From: a virus
Taxonomy: Duplodnaviria > Caudoviricetes
Direction: 5' to 3' (one strand)
DNA length: 34,464 bases
IMG/VR virus record: IMGVR_UViG_3300005512_003938
Span: 1 to 34,464 of that record
The position numbers were made by a program, and so were the translations under genes. Numbering within the stretch: position 1 is the stretch's first letter; each line of letters opens with the position of its first letter. Below, in pieces: positions 6,700 to 15,217 of this stretch. The notes below the pieces were generated by a model. It saw only the letters and a list, made by a program, of their open reading frames with translations. It was not told the DNA's origin and did no database searches.

Positions 6700-7134
6700 A
6701 TGAACCTACACAAAGAGGCTCTACTCAGAGCCATCAAAAGTCGTGAGCTGTCAGCAGCTGTCGACATCACACCAAGCTATCTCAGTCAGATCGTTGGTGG
6801 CTACACCCGACCTTCTGTAGATCTTGCAAGTCGCATGGCTTCCAAGGCTAATGAGCTATGTGCAGCGCTTGAACTGCCTGCACCCTTTGAGGCTACAGAC
6901 TTCAGACCTGACCTATCCGACAACTACAACGACCTTCCGCGCTCGGCTGTCTTCATCGTTTCTGACTCACTATGGGGTCAGGATTCAGAGGCGACAGCTA
7001 AGAAGCTACTTAAGATCTATGAGAAAGAGCCAGAGGTAGAGCAACAGCTCAGAGAGCTCTATCTCAGCGCAGACCTCGACAAGACCATCGAGCTTTATGA
7101 TGGTAAGACTATCCGAATCAAGGAGACCAACTAA
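6700..7134 (+). CDS. Cro/XRE-type HTH protein with C-terminal extension
   Basis: ELSAAVDITPSYLSQIVGGYTRPSVDLASRMA matches the XRE/Cro HTH pattern; first gene of the divergent operon. Confidence 0.78.
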   Translation: MNLHKEALLRAIKSRELSAAVDITPSYLSQIVGGYTRPSVDLASRMASKANELCAALELPAPFEATDFRPDLSDNYNDLPRSAVFIVSDSLWGQDSEATAKKLLKIYEKEPEVEQQLRELYLSADLDKTIELYDGKTIRIKETN

Positions 7135-7364
7135 TGTGCATCTCACAAACTATCCCTAACCCTGTCTCTGAGCCCGCTGATATGGATCTTGTTGAGATCG
7201 CATTTGATCAACATTGGCGCCACGACGGCGGCGCTTGCATGATCGAGATCACAGAGTTCAAGGCTCATCAGCTGGGTAAACTCGATGCCTATATCTTCAA
7301 CGGCTCGCTCTATTACTCGGATGGTTCTCTCGCCTGGTCAATCCCTCTTGAGTATCTCGACTGA
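7134..7364 (+). CDS. Hypothetical protein, 76 aa
   Basis: TAATG coupling and strong SD AGGAG. Confidence 0.7.
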   Translation: MCISQTIPNPVSEPADMDLVEIAFDQHWRHDGGACMIEITEFKAHQLGKLDAYIFNGSLYYSDGSLAWSIPLEYLD

Positions 7365-7406
7365 TCACCTCTCTACCAACCCTATCAATCCAGGAGACCA
7401 ACTAAC

Positions 7407-7616
7407 ATGTCCATCACAGACCCACAACCTACCTGCTATGACCTCAAGCCTGTAGTGCTCACCGTCGAGCCTCAGGCCCCATCAATCACAGACGTGGAGC
7501 TCGCCGCGCTTCGTGGCGTTGACATCGCTGAGAACTTGGCCGAGCCTATCAACCGCTTTAGCGTTGCTCGTGGCGTGATCAAGCTCTCAGCCTATGTCGC
7601 TCGGAGGTTCCGATGA
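7407..7616 (+). CDS. Hypothetical protein, 69 aa
   Basis: SD AGGAG within the same leader motif as the previous gene. Confidence 0.7.
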   Translation: MSITDPQPTCYDLKPVVLTVEPQAPSITDVELAALRGVDIAENLAEPINRFSVARGVIKLSAYVARRFR

Positions 7617-7678
7617 CAGCTGAGGAGCTCTTCATCATCACCGCGCTCGTCATTACCTGCGCTCTCATCTTCCTATAA
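7613..7678 (+). CDS. 21-aa hydrophobic membrane peptide
   Basis: ATGA overlap and GGAGG SD. MTAEELFIITALVITCALIFL followed by TAA TAA. Not in ORF track. Confidence 0.62.
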   Translation: MTAEELFIITALVITCALIFL

Positions 7679-7720
7679 TAAATGGGGCCGAGAGAGGAAA
7701 CCACGCCGCTCTCGACCCCA
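7675..7720 (-). terminator. Putative intrinsic terminator, - strand
   Basis: Minus strand 12-bp stem TGGGGTCGAGAG/CTCTCGGCCCCA (one G:U, a mismatch on +), followed by TTTATTAT. Confidence 0.55.
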
Positions 7721-7779
7721 CCCACTAAACCTACCGTCTCATCTGCCTCTTAACCAAACAGATACTTAGGATATACACT

Positions 7780-8925
7780 ATGAGCATCTTTACACCAACC
7801 AATATTCAAGAGCTTCAAGACATGGCTATGCTCTTAACCAATGGCAATCAGCGCGACGCCCTCAGCCTGATTCAAGTCTTCGCCGCTTTTGGGGATCACT
7901 TCGGTGGTGATCTCGGACGCACCTGGACTCAAGGCTACTCGCTCAGAGGTAAGCCCACCCTCAACGCAGACGCTATGGCTGGCATCTGTCGATCTTCAGG
8001 CCTCGTGGCATTTATCAGGACAGTGGAGTGGGATCACGAACACTGCGTGATGGAGATGGCGCGCCGAGATGAGGCCATCGATGTGGTCCACAGCTTTACT
8101 TACACCTTCCAGATGGCTCAGGCTCAAGGCCTCACCAATAACCGCAACTGGAAGACGATGCCGATGCAGATGCTTCGCGCTCGCTGTCTGACTATGGGTC
8201 TTCGCGCTGTCTTCCCTGATGCTGTGAGTGGCATCTACTCAGCTGATGAGATCGCAGACAACACGAACATGAGCGACGACGAGCGCGCCGAGATCAGCGC
8301 TCAGGCTCTCGGTGAGGAGATCAAGAAGCCATCACGAGCGCCACAAGCTCAGCGAGCTCCTCAGCCATCACGACAGCCTCAGCCCTCGCGACCTCCTCAG
8401 CCCTCTGCACCTGTGCAACCTCAGCCAGCTCCTGAGCCCTCAGCACCTCCACAGCCGGCGAGCGATGAGCCTAAGCGACCAACGCCGGTGAGAGACTTTA
8501 CCTCGATGAAGGATCTAGCCAAAGCGCTCGACCATCACGGTATCTCTAAGAGTGAGGCTATCGACGTAGCTAATCGACTCTTGGTTGATCTAGAGGGGAT
8601 CAGCGCCGAGCAGAGGCGAGACTTCTTCTACTCGTGGCTAATCAGCTCTACTATCCGCTCATCACGACTTAACCCAGAGTGGTGGCGTGACATGGGTACA
8701 TCTAAGCCGATCGTTAAGAAGATCCGCGATGAGTTCCCTGCTCTACCTCTCGACGCTGACTCTCGCGCCGTTGGTAAGAACCTCAGCAACCCTTACTTCT
8801 GGGAGTCGCTCAGCATCTCAGCTCATTATGATGGTGATGCGCTCGACCGAGCCCGACAGCTGATGAGTGAGGTAATCGCTGATGGTGGATCAGATCGCCT
8901 CTTGGCTCAACTGTCGCGCCTGTAG
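7780..8925 (+). CDS. RecT/Red-beta-like single-strand annealing protein with Pro/Gln linker and extra C-terminal domain
   Basis: GKPTLNADAM and W..MPMQMLRAR...LRAVFPD.VSGIYSADE motifs typical of phage RecT-like annealases. Confidence 0.72.
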   Translation: MSIFTPTNIQELQDMAMLLTNGNQRDALSLIQVFAAFGDHFGGDLGRTWTQGYSLRGKPTLNADAMAGICRSSGLVAFIRTVEWDHEHCVMEMARRDEAIDVVHSFTYTFQMAQAQGLTNNRNWKTMPMQMLRARCLTMGLRAVFPDAVSGIYSADEIADNTNMSDDERAEISAQALGEEIKKPSRAPQAQRAPQPSRQPQPSRPPQPSAPVQPQPAPEPSAPPQPASDEPKRPTPVRDFTSMKDLAKALDHHGISKSEAIDVANRLLVDLEGISAEQRRDFFYSWLISSTIRSSRLNPEWWRDMGTSKPIVKKIRDEFPALPLDADSRAVGKNLSNPYFWESLSISAHYDGDALDRARQLMSEVIADGGSDRLLAQLSRL

Positions 8926-9197
8926 ATCGCCGGCGCTCGAGGAGCAAAATCACGTTGAGCATCGAGGGTGGCCTCGATCCTAGCCACAGCCTCGATAAGC
9001 TGCTGAAGTTTGCGATCCACTGACTCAAACTTAACATCAACCTGAGAGGCTCTAGTTTCAAGTGACCTGACCTGCTGTTTCAAGCGCCCCATCTCCTCAG
9101 CCTGAGCGGCTTTGTCTTGGGTCATTTTCCACAGCATACCCCCCAAGGCGATTAGCGTGCCTATGTCGATGGCGGTCATATCCATAGCTGTCTCCAT
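8907..9197 (-). CDS. Small membrane protein (N-terminal TM + coiled coil), lysis-associated candidate
   Basis: Hydrophobic IGTLIALGGMLW followed by a heptad-rich helix; last gene of the late operon. Confidence 0.6.
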   Translation of the reverse strand: METAMDMTAIDIGTLIALGGMLWKMTQDKAAQAEEMGRLKQQVRSLETRASQVDVKFESVDRKLQQLIEAVARIEATLDAQRDFAPRAPAIYRRDS

Positions 9198-9209
9198 ATC
9201 GTGATGAGG

Positions 9210-9695
9210 TCAGTCATACATGCTCACTATCATAATCGATGTGACAACTACAGTAACAGCGCTAACTGAAGCAAGAGCCCATTTGTAGTGATCTCTGCTC
9301 TTAGCGTTGGTCGATGCTAGAAGCTCGGACGCTGAGAGCTGTCTCTTCAGAGCGCCGATGAGCTTAGCGTCTTCGGCCTTCCGCTTGGATGCTTCAGCCT
9401 TGGCCTTGGTCAGCATCTTCTCGCTCTGCTCCTGGCAGGTAACAGCGGTCGCGGTGACAGCCGCTTGGCAGATATCACCCTGACCAAGCACAACGTCCTT
9501 GAGGCGTAGCCATGAGTTGACATCAAGAGTCACAAGCACCTCATGATCAATGATTAAGCGCTCACCCTTAATGGCTGGCAGATACTCACCCATTGGGATT
9601 GTCAGCGCGTCATCAAGCTCGAGGTCAGTGTCAGCGCCGACGGTCACCGCTGGCAGTGGCTGTAGCAGAGCTAGGGTCAGTGTGATGGCGAGCAT
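9210..9695 (-). CDS. Exported coiled-coil protein with C-terminal TM (spanin-like)
   Basis: Signal-like MLAITLTLALLQP, helical middle with 2 Cys, C-terminal WALASVSAVTVVVTSIMIV; no lipobox. Confidence 0.55.
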   Translation of the reverse strand: MLAITLTLALLQPLPAVTVGADTDLELDDALTIPMGEYLPAIKGERLIIDHEVLVTLDVNSWLRLKDVVLGQGDICQAAVTATAVTCQEQSEKMLTKAKAEASKRKAEDAKLIGALKRQLSASELLASTNAKSRDHYKWALASVSAVTVVVTSIMIVSMYD

Positions 9696-10006
9696 AGAGC
9701 CCCCCTGACATCTAGCGCACGTTGAACTCGCTCTCTACATATAGGCTCACACTTGAGGATGCACTCACCCTCTTTCAATGCTCGGCACGCGATGAGCTCC
9801 GCTTCGGTCTTGGTGACCTTGCCCTCTAGCTCAAGGATCCGCGTTGACTTCTTGTCGATCTCGACCTGCATCTCTTCACGAGCTGCCCGAGCTCCTGAAG
9901 CGACACCGACCGACCACACACCGAAGATCAGCACAGCGCCAACTACAGCGGCCACGATGTACACCGCCGCCTCTTTGGGTATCTCTGGCAGGTTTACATT
10001 AATCAT
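9677..10006 (-). CDS. i-spanin (Rz)-like protein
   Basis: N-terminal TM (AAVYIVAAVVGAVLIFGVWSVGV), coiled coil, Cys-rich C-terminus; overlaps the next gene by 19 nt. Confidence 0.58.
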   Translation of the reverse strand: MINVNLPEIPKEAAVYIVAAVVGAVLIFGVWSVGVASGARAAREEMQVEIDKKSTRILELEGKVTKTEAELIACRALKEGECILKCEPICRERVQRALDVRGALCSPSH

Positions 10007-10007
10007 C

Positions 10008-10391
10008 TCAGCCCACCATATGGATCAGAGCAGGCATAAGCCCCGCGATTCGGTCTGTGGTGTCGCTCCACGGCTGTGGCAAGACGTGGCCGAGCACAGG
10101 CGTAGAGCCCACGGTTAAGCTTCCAGCTGTCGTGGACGCGCCAAAGTCGGCTCCCTGACTAGATGCTGCGGAGTCAATCAGGACATTACAGAAGCCCTCA
10201 ATGACGAGCTCGCACACATCGACGCTCTCTGCTGGTTGATCAGGATCGTTCTGAATTTGCACGACGCGGCAGTTTTGAGCGATCCCTGCGGGCTCACCTG
10301 TGCCGTCATATGGCTCGACGATATTAGACGTGCCGAACTTAACAAGCATTCCCTCGACGACGCTTGATGATCTCTTCTGTGTAATCTTCAT
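10008..10391 (-). CDS. Hypothetical virion protein, possibly cement/DUF2190-like beta fold
   Basis: Pattern GMLVKF...PAGIAQ...ELVIEG...AGSLT...VLGHVL resembles the 30785..31174 product; ATGA-coupled. Confidence 0.45.
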   Translation of the reverse strand: MKITQKRSSSVVEGMLVKFGTSNIVEPYDGTGEPAGIAQNCRVVQIQNDPDQPAESVDVCELVIEGFCNVLIDSAASSQGADFGASTTAGSLTVGSTPVLGHVLPQPWSDTTDRIAGLMPALIHMVG

Positions 10392-11068
10392 TCAATGATC
10401 CTCGCTGTTAAAACTGTTTGACGGTTATCGTCACCCGCCTGAATCCAAGCGACATTACCGCTCACACCATGATTATAGAGGCCTACATTAGTAGTTCCAC
10501 TTGCTGATGTCAGATCAATAAACCCATTAAACCTAGCGCGGTTCTCGCTAGGTCTACGAGCAAAACCGATCGGGCCAAGAGATGTTCCTGTATCTGTGCG
10601 CCATTGAAGCTTTACATAAGCCCCTACGCTGCTGTTCGATGGGATGCAGACATCAGCCTGTAGCTGATATTTATAGCCAGCCTGTAGCCCAAAACCTTTC
10701 CAGTACTGGCTATTGACGGCGAAGACTTTGACTAGATTGGATGCATATGTGGCGTTATTATAGAGCGTCATAAGGTACTGCGGACTACCGAACTGCCAGC
10801 GCATATTGATATAGAACCCATCAGCGTCCTCATATATTCGATCGTAGTAGAAGGCCGTATAGGCACCTGTGGCGGTATCGATCCCATACGCAGAGGCCAC
10901 CGTGTTTGGTTGCGCGTCATACTCAGCCCAAGCGCTGCCACTCCAAGCGACCCCCTGGCCAGTGGATGGGCTGCTAGGGGATACGTCAGAGAGATTGCTG
11001 AAGCTCTGAGTGATCGCGCCTGCTCGGTTTGGCTCCTGAGAGTTGACCTTGTTGACGTTATGACTCAT
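10388..11068 (-). CDS. Tail fibre accessory / receptor-binding candidate (paralog B)
   Basis: Shares N-terminus MSHNxNKVNSQEPNRAGAI with its neighbour; LSDV...W.GS.W fibre motif; aromatic-rich C-domain. Confidence 0.65.
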   Translation of the reverse strand: MSHNVNKVNSQEPNRAGAITQSFSNLSDVSPSSPSTGQGVAWSGSAWAEYDAQPNTVASAYGIDTATGAYTAFYYDRIYEDADGFYINMRWQFGSPQYLMTLYNNATYASNLVKVFAVNSQYWKGFGLQAGYKYQLQADVCIPSNSSVGAYVKLQWRTDTGTSLGPIGFARRPSENRARFNGFIDLTSASGTTNVGLYNHGVSGNVAWIQAGDDNRQTVLTARIIE

Positions 11069-11682
11069 CGGACTCTCTCAATCAGCATGTAGCCGAGCTC
11101 GGCTTGACGGTTCCCTTGGTTGGCTACTGTGTTAATATTGGTTCCTGTCGAGGTCAAGCGCACATCAAAGGAGCTCGTCCCAGACCCTACGGTCACATAA
11201 GCGACCGCTGGGTTATGGCAGTCAACATCATCCTGAGCGCAGAAGCCCTCGCCGCCGACAGCGCTTGTGGCTTGATGAATCTGGTATTTCACCGAACCTG
11301 CAGCGCTAAACGAGAGAGCGAGATTGGCGGTGATCTTGTATGTACCGACACCGAGCTCCACAGCGCTCACCCAGTTTGAAGCGCTCGTGATGGTTGCGCC
11401 TAGCCCGTTGTGAGGTGAGCTAGCGTAGAACTCGACCACATCACCTGAAGCCACACCACTAGCGCTTGAGCCGCTATAGGCTTGACTAGCACCCTCACCG
11501 ATGAAGACAGATCCGAGCGTATTAGGATTAGTGTTATTTTCCCATCCACTCCCATCATAGACTAGCGCCTGATTAGCGGCTATCGAGGTGATGGTCACGT
11601 CTGATAGATCGCCGAGCGCTTCACTGATCGCGCCTGCTCGGTTTGGCTCCTGGGAGTTCACCTTGTTAGCATTATGACTCAT
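11065..11682 (-). CDS. Tail fibre accessory / receptor-binding candidate (paralog A)
   Basis: Same N-terminus, LGDLSDVTIT...LVYDGSGWEN motif, beta-rich C-domain (GTYKITANL) suggestive of a C1q/TNF-like fold. Confidence 0.65.
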   Translation of the reverse strand: MSHNANKVNSQEPNRAGAISEALGDLSDVTITSIAANQALVYDGSGWENNTNPNTLGSVFIGEGASQAYSGSSASGVASGDVVEFYASSPHNGLGATITSASNWVSAVELGVGTYKITANLALSFSAAGSVKYQIHQATSAVGGEGFCAQDDVDCHNPAVAYVTVGSGTSSFDVRLTSTGTNINTVANQGNRQAELGYMLIERVR

Positions 11683-14600
11683 TAGATGATCTCCCAGTGT
11701 GTGCCTGTACTCACGAGCGTGATAGCACCATACTGGATGTCCATCACATAATCAGTGGTTGACCCGTCGATATTAGAGGTCTGGGGGTCAAGAGTGATCG
11801 TACCTGTACCCATATTCTTAACTCGGATCTCTTCACCCGCGCTCACGCCTGATGTAGGTAGCGTGATCGTAAATGTACCTGTGCAACTGTAATGATAACC
11901 GGCCTGAGCGTTGGCAGGGTCAGCAGTGATTGCTGAGTAAGTCCAGCCAGTGGCTCCACCACCCCCCGACTGATCGACCCAAGAGAGGACACCAGACCCA
12001 TCAGTCTCAAGAACTTGATTTGGAGAGCCATCCGAGGTTGGTAGAGTCAGGGTGTATGTCGCCGCCGCTGAATGCGCTGGCCCTTGGATGGTGACTGCGT
12101 GACTGTTGTTCTCACAGTTAAACTTGATCTTGCCTTGGTTGTTGCCGCCTGTCGTGTTGCCTTTCAGTACGACTGCGCCAGTGCCATCAGGAGCAAGATC
12201 AAGATCAGCGTTGCTCGTGGTGATGATGTCTTGGCCGTTGGTGTCAAGGTTGCCACCGAGCTGTGGCGTGGTGTCCTCGACCACATTAGCCAAGACATCA
12301 GTCCCGATTACGAGACCAAGTGTAGTGCGTTGAGCAGCTGCGTCTGCATCATCGAGGATCGCTCGACCTGCTGCGGTGATGCTCGTCACGTCATAGGCAT
12401 CTGAGCCCGTCGTGTAGAGCATCTGATTAGCGCTGGTCGTGAGACCTGCGATAGACGTTAGACCTGTATCAAGAGGCTGATACGTTGAGCCGAGATCATC
12501 ATTGAATGAGGTGAGGTTGATCGAGCTCAGCGCAGTGCTCACCGCTTGGTTAGATGCGTTGCCGAGGAAGATCTTTCCATCATTGAGGTTAGGGGTCGCA
12601 GCGCTTCGACCAGCCCCGCCGACCTTGATAATGCCCTCTGTAGCAGAAGCTCTCACGACCTTACCGATGTTCTGAATCAGGTTAGTCTCACCGGCTGGCG
12701 CTGAACTCGTCAAAGCCCCCGCTGTGGCGGCTGACACATAGACAGTATCACCGAGCGATAAGCTGTGAGTCGTCGTATTGTACTCGGTGAGGTTACCGAA
12801 GCTGATCACCTGCACATCTGCGTTATTCGACACATCAGCTGCCAGGAGGCCATGAGCTGGCATCGTTGAAGCGCTGTTAGCTCGAGCGAGACTCACAAGA
12901 GGAACATCACCACTTACGCCTGAGATGTAGACCGCTTGACCCTTGGTGAGCGCGCCGCCTGTCTCGTTGCGTGCCTTGAACTGCACAGCACCATTAAGCT
13001 CTGAGTGAAGCGTGATAAAGCGGTTATTTTCAGAGCCGAGCGTATGAGTCGCGTCTGCATCTGGGATGATGTCAGCGCCTACGCTGATGTCACCTGTACC
13101 ATCAGGATTGATCGTGACATTGCCATTGGAGGCTGAGGTGATGGCGTTACCGTTCACGTCGAGCGCGCCGCCGAGCTGGGGTGTGGTGTCGTCTACAACA
13201 GCAGAGATACCACTAGCGCCTGATGCAGCATACGTCTTTAGATCTGATGCAGGGATCAGCTTAGACACACCACCATCATTGATGATAAAGCCGTCCGTGT
13301 CAGTGATCGTGATGGAGCTGCCGACCGTCGAGCCACCATCTAAGAGGTTAAGCTCTGCCGCTGTCGTCGTCACAAGGCTGTTGTTGAGATGAAGGCCATA
13401 GTTGCCACCATCGTGATCGATGTTCACCTTGGTGTAGGCCGCCTGACCTGAGACGCCCTCTACATGGAGCCCGCGAGTATTCGCGCTGCCCGGAGCTGCG
13501 AGGATCGACACGCGCCCGACCTCTGCGCCTGCTGTTGTATCCGTGATCATCCCTTGGATTTTGCTGTATTCCTGCTCTGTCCCCCCTGAGTCTTTACCTG
13601 TGAAAGACACGACGCCGATTCTGTCATTCGTTGCAGGGCTCGTACTCTCCTGATTAAACTTTAAGCGCGGTCCAATCGTGCCGCTGTTCTGACTCCGTAG
13701 CTCAAACTGTGGATCGTTGCTACCCTCAGCTACGCCAAGATCTAAGACTAGGCCATCATCTGGATCATGGATGAGCTCAACGTCTTGATCATTGCCGAAG
13801 TAGATCTTACCTTGATCACCAATATATAGATCAGACCACTCAGCGGTGGCTGATCCTAAGCTTCTGTTGTTGGCGGTCGATGGCACGAGATTACCATCGA
13901 TCCCGAACCCGTTAGGGTCAAGATCCCCGCCGAGCTGGGGGGTGGTGTCATCTACAACAGCAGAGAGCCCACCAGCAGAGGCGAGCGCTGAATCAATGCC
14001 GCTCAGGTGGCCATCGATGTTGGCGTTGCTCGGTGTGTAGTTAGACGCTGTGTGGTCTGCCGCGAAGTCATCAGCGCTCAGATCATTAGTGAGATCGCTG
14101 AGCGCTGTGGGCTCGCCAGTCAAGTCAGAGTAAGCGCCTGTAGTGGCCACTGTCGCAAGCGTTGGCGTTCCGCTTAGATCAGAGTAAGCGCCTGTCTTCG
14201 CTACGTCAGCGAGCTCGCGACTTAGTTGACGCCACCTAGTACCATCACAGCCAAAGAGGATGAGCTCTTGCTTTACACTGATGGAGAGAGCTCCATTAGT
14301 CCCGCCCTTGGTCTGATTGCTCATGTTTAGGAGGTCATTAGTTGAGCCATCACTGCTCACGAGATCGAGGCTATAATCGACTGTACCTGTGGAGGTTAGG
14401 CCGATCAGGTCACCATCTGTAGATGTTGAGGCATCTGGGAAGGTGATTGTTTGTGTCCCTGTCGTATACCCCACCACATAGATCTTGTTTGAGGTTGCTG
14501 TAAATGATGAGCCCGTCTGACTTGAAACATCAGTGATCTGATTACCACCAGCAGAGGCGAGCGCTGAATCAATGCCACTTAAATGGCCATCGATGTTGGC

Positions 14601-15206
14601 GTTGCTCGGTGTGTAGTTAGACGCTGTGTGGTCTGCCGCGAAGTCATCAGCGCTCAGATCATTATTAAATGAGCTTAAGTTAATGCTCGCGGCTGTGACA
14701 TTCTCCCAACGGCTGTCACCTGAGTCATAGCGAACGAAGTCACCATCAGCGCCACCCCCTGAGATGGTGACGTTATTGAGATCACCGATACCGAGCGATA
14801 CAGGGCCAGTTTGACCATTAACGCTCGTGACTTGATCGGTGTTGTCGATCTTATCGAACATCGAGCCAGTGACAGGATCAGAAGCATTCTGATTAAAGAT
14901 GATGTGATCACCATTAGTGAGCGAGATGCCACCTAGCGTCTGATTCCCGCTAGAGATATACATGTCACCCTTTTGAGCAGTGACTAGGCTCTGACCAGTG
15001 TATGAGCCTTTATACTCGACTCCACCGACGAGCGCCGCGTCGATCCGCTCTTTGACGGTCAGGGGGGTCATCGCTGTGAGATCATCAGTGCCAGTCGTGG
15101 CCTCTGCGCTCGTCGCGATCCTGATCTTGCCCTTGGTCGTCTCGCTCGCGTCTGGGACTGTAGCCGCGCCCCCTGCGCCCTCCCATGGTTTAGCGTTAAT
15201 ACTCAT
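11682..15206 (-). CDS. Modular long tail fibre, 1174 aa
   Basis: DASETTKGKIRIAT..E...GTDD..AMTP fibre repeat, VTSVNGQTG, 3x VV(D/E)DTTPQLGGxLD, LATVATTGAYSDL repeats, TITLP domains; G/S/T-rich. Confidence 0.85.
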   Translation of the reverse strand: MSINAKPWEGAGGAATVPDASETTKGKIRIATSAEATTGTDDLTAMTPLTVKERIDAALVGGVEYKGSYTGQSLVTAQKGDMYISSGNQTLGGISLTNGDHIIFNQNASDPVTGSMFDKIDNTDQVTSVNGQTGPVSLGIGDLNNVTISGGGADGDFVRYDSGDSRWENVTAASINLSSFNNDLSADDFAADHTASNYTPSNANIDGHLSGIDSALASAGGNQITDVSSQTGSSFTATSNKIYVVGYTTGTQTITFPDASTSTDGDLIGLTSTGTVDYSLDLVSSDGSTNDLLNMSNQTKGGTNGALSISVKQELILFGCDGTRWRQLSRELADVAKTGAYSDLSGTPTLATVATTGAYSDLTGEPTALSDLTNDLSADDFAADHTASNYTPSNANIDGHLSGIDSALASAGGLSAVVDDTTPQLGGDLDPNGFGIDGNLVPSTANNRSLGSATAEWSDLYIGDQGKIYFGNDQDVELIHDPDDGLVLDLGVAEGSNDPQFELRSQNSGTIGPRLKFNQESTSPATNDRIGVVSFTGKDSGGTEQEYSKIQGMITDTTAGAEVGRVSILAAPGSANTRGLHVEGVSGQAAYTKVNIDHDGGNYGLHLNNSLVTTTAAELNLLDGGSTVGSSITITDTDGFIINDGGVSKLIPASDLKTYAASGASGISAVVDDTTPQLGGALDVNGNAITSASNGNVTINPDGTGDISVGADIIPDADATHTLGSENNRFITLHSELNGAVQFKARNETGGALTKGQAVYISGVSGDVPLVSLARANSASTMPAHGLLAADVSNNADVQVISFGNLTEYNTTTHSLSLGDTVYVSAATAGALTSSAPAGETNLIQNIGKVVRASATEGIIKVGGAGRSAATPNLNDGKIFLGNASNQAVSTALSSINLTSFNDDLGSTYQPLDTGLTSIAGLTTSANQMLYTTGSDAYDVTSITAAGRAILDDADAAAQRTTLGLVIGTDVLANVVEDTTPQLGGNLDTNGQDIITTSNADLDLAPDGTGAVVLKGNTTGGNNQGKIKFNCENNSHAVTIQGPAHSAAATYTLTLPTSDGSPNQVLETDGSGVLSWVDQSGGGGATGWTYSAITADPANAQAGYHYSCTGTFTITLPTSGVSAGEEIRVKNMGTGTITLDPQTSNIDGSTTDYVMDIQYGAITLVSTGTHWEII
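13969..14664. repeat. 120-bp direct repeat in the tail fibre (13969-14088 and 14545-14664)
   Basis: Only 4 mismatches, all synonymous. Encodes NDLSADDFAADHTASNYTPSNANIDGHLSGIDSALASAGG. Spacing 576 bp (in frame). Confidence 0.95.
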
Positions 15207-15217
15207 GGATCGCCCCT

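Noticed and set aside
11011-11682. Invertible tail-fibre (shufflon/Gin-type) switch
   Set aside because: The repeats are direct, not inverted, and no recombinase gene is present.
13969-14664. Diversity-generating retroelement TR/VR pair
   Set aside because: Both copies are in frame in one gene, the mismatches are synonymous and not exclusively at adenines, and no reverse transcriptase is present.
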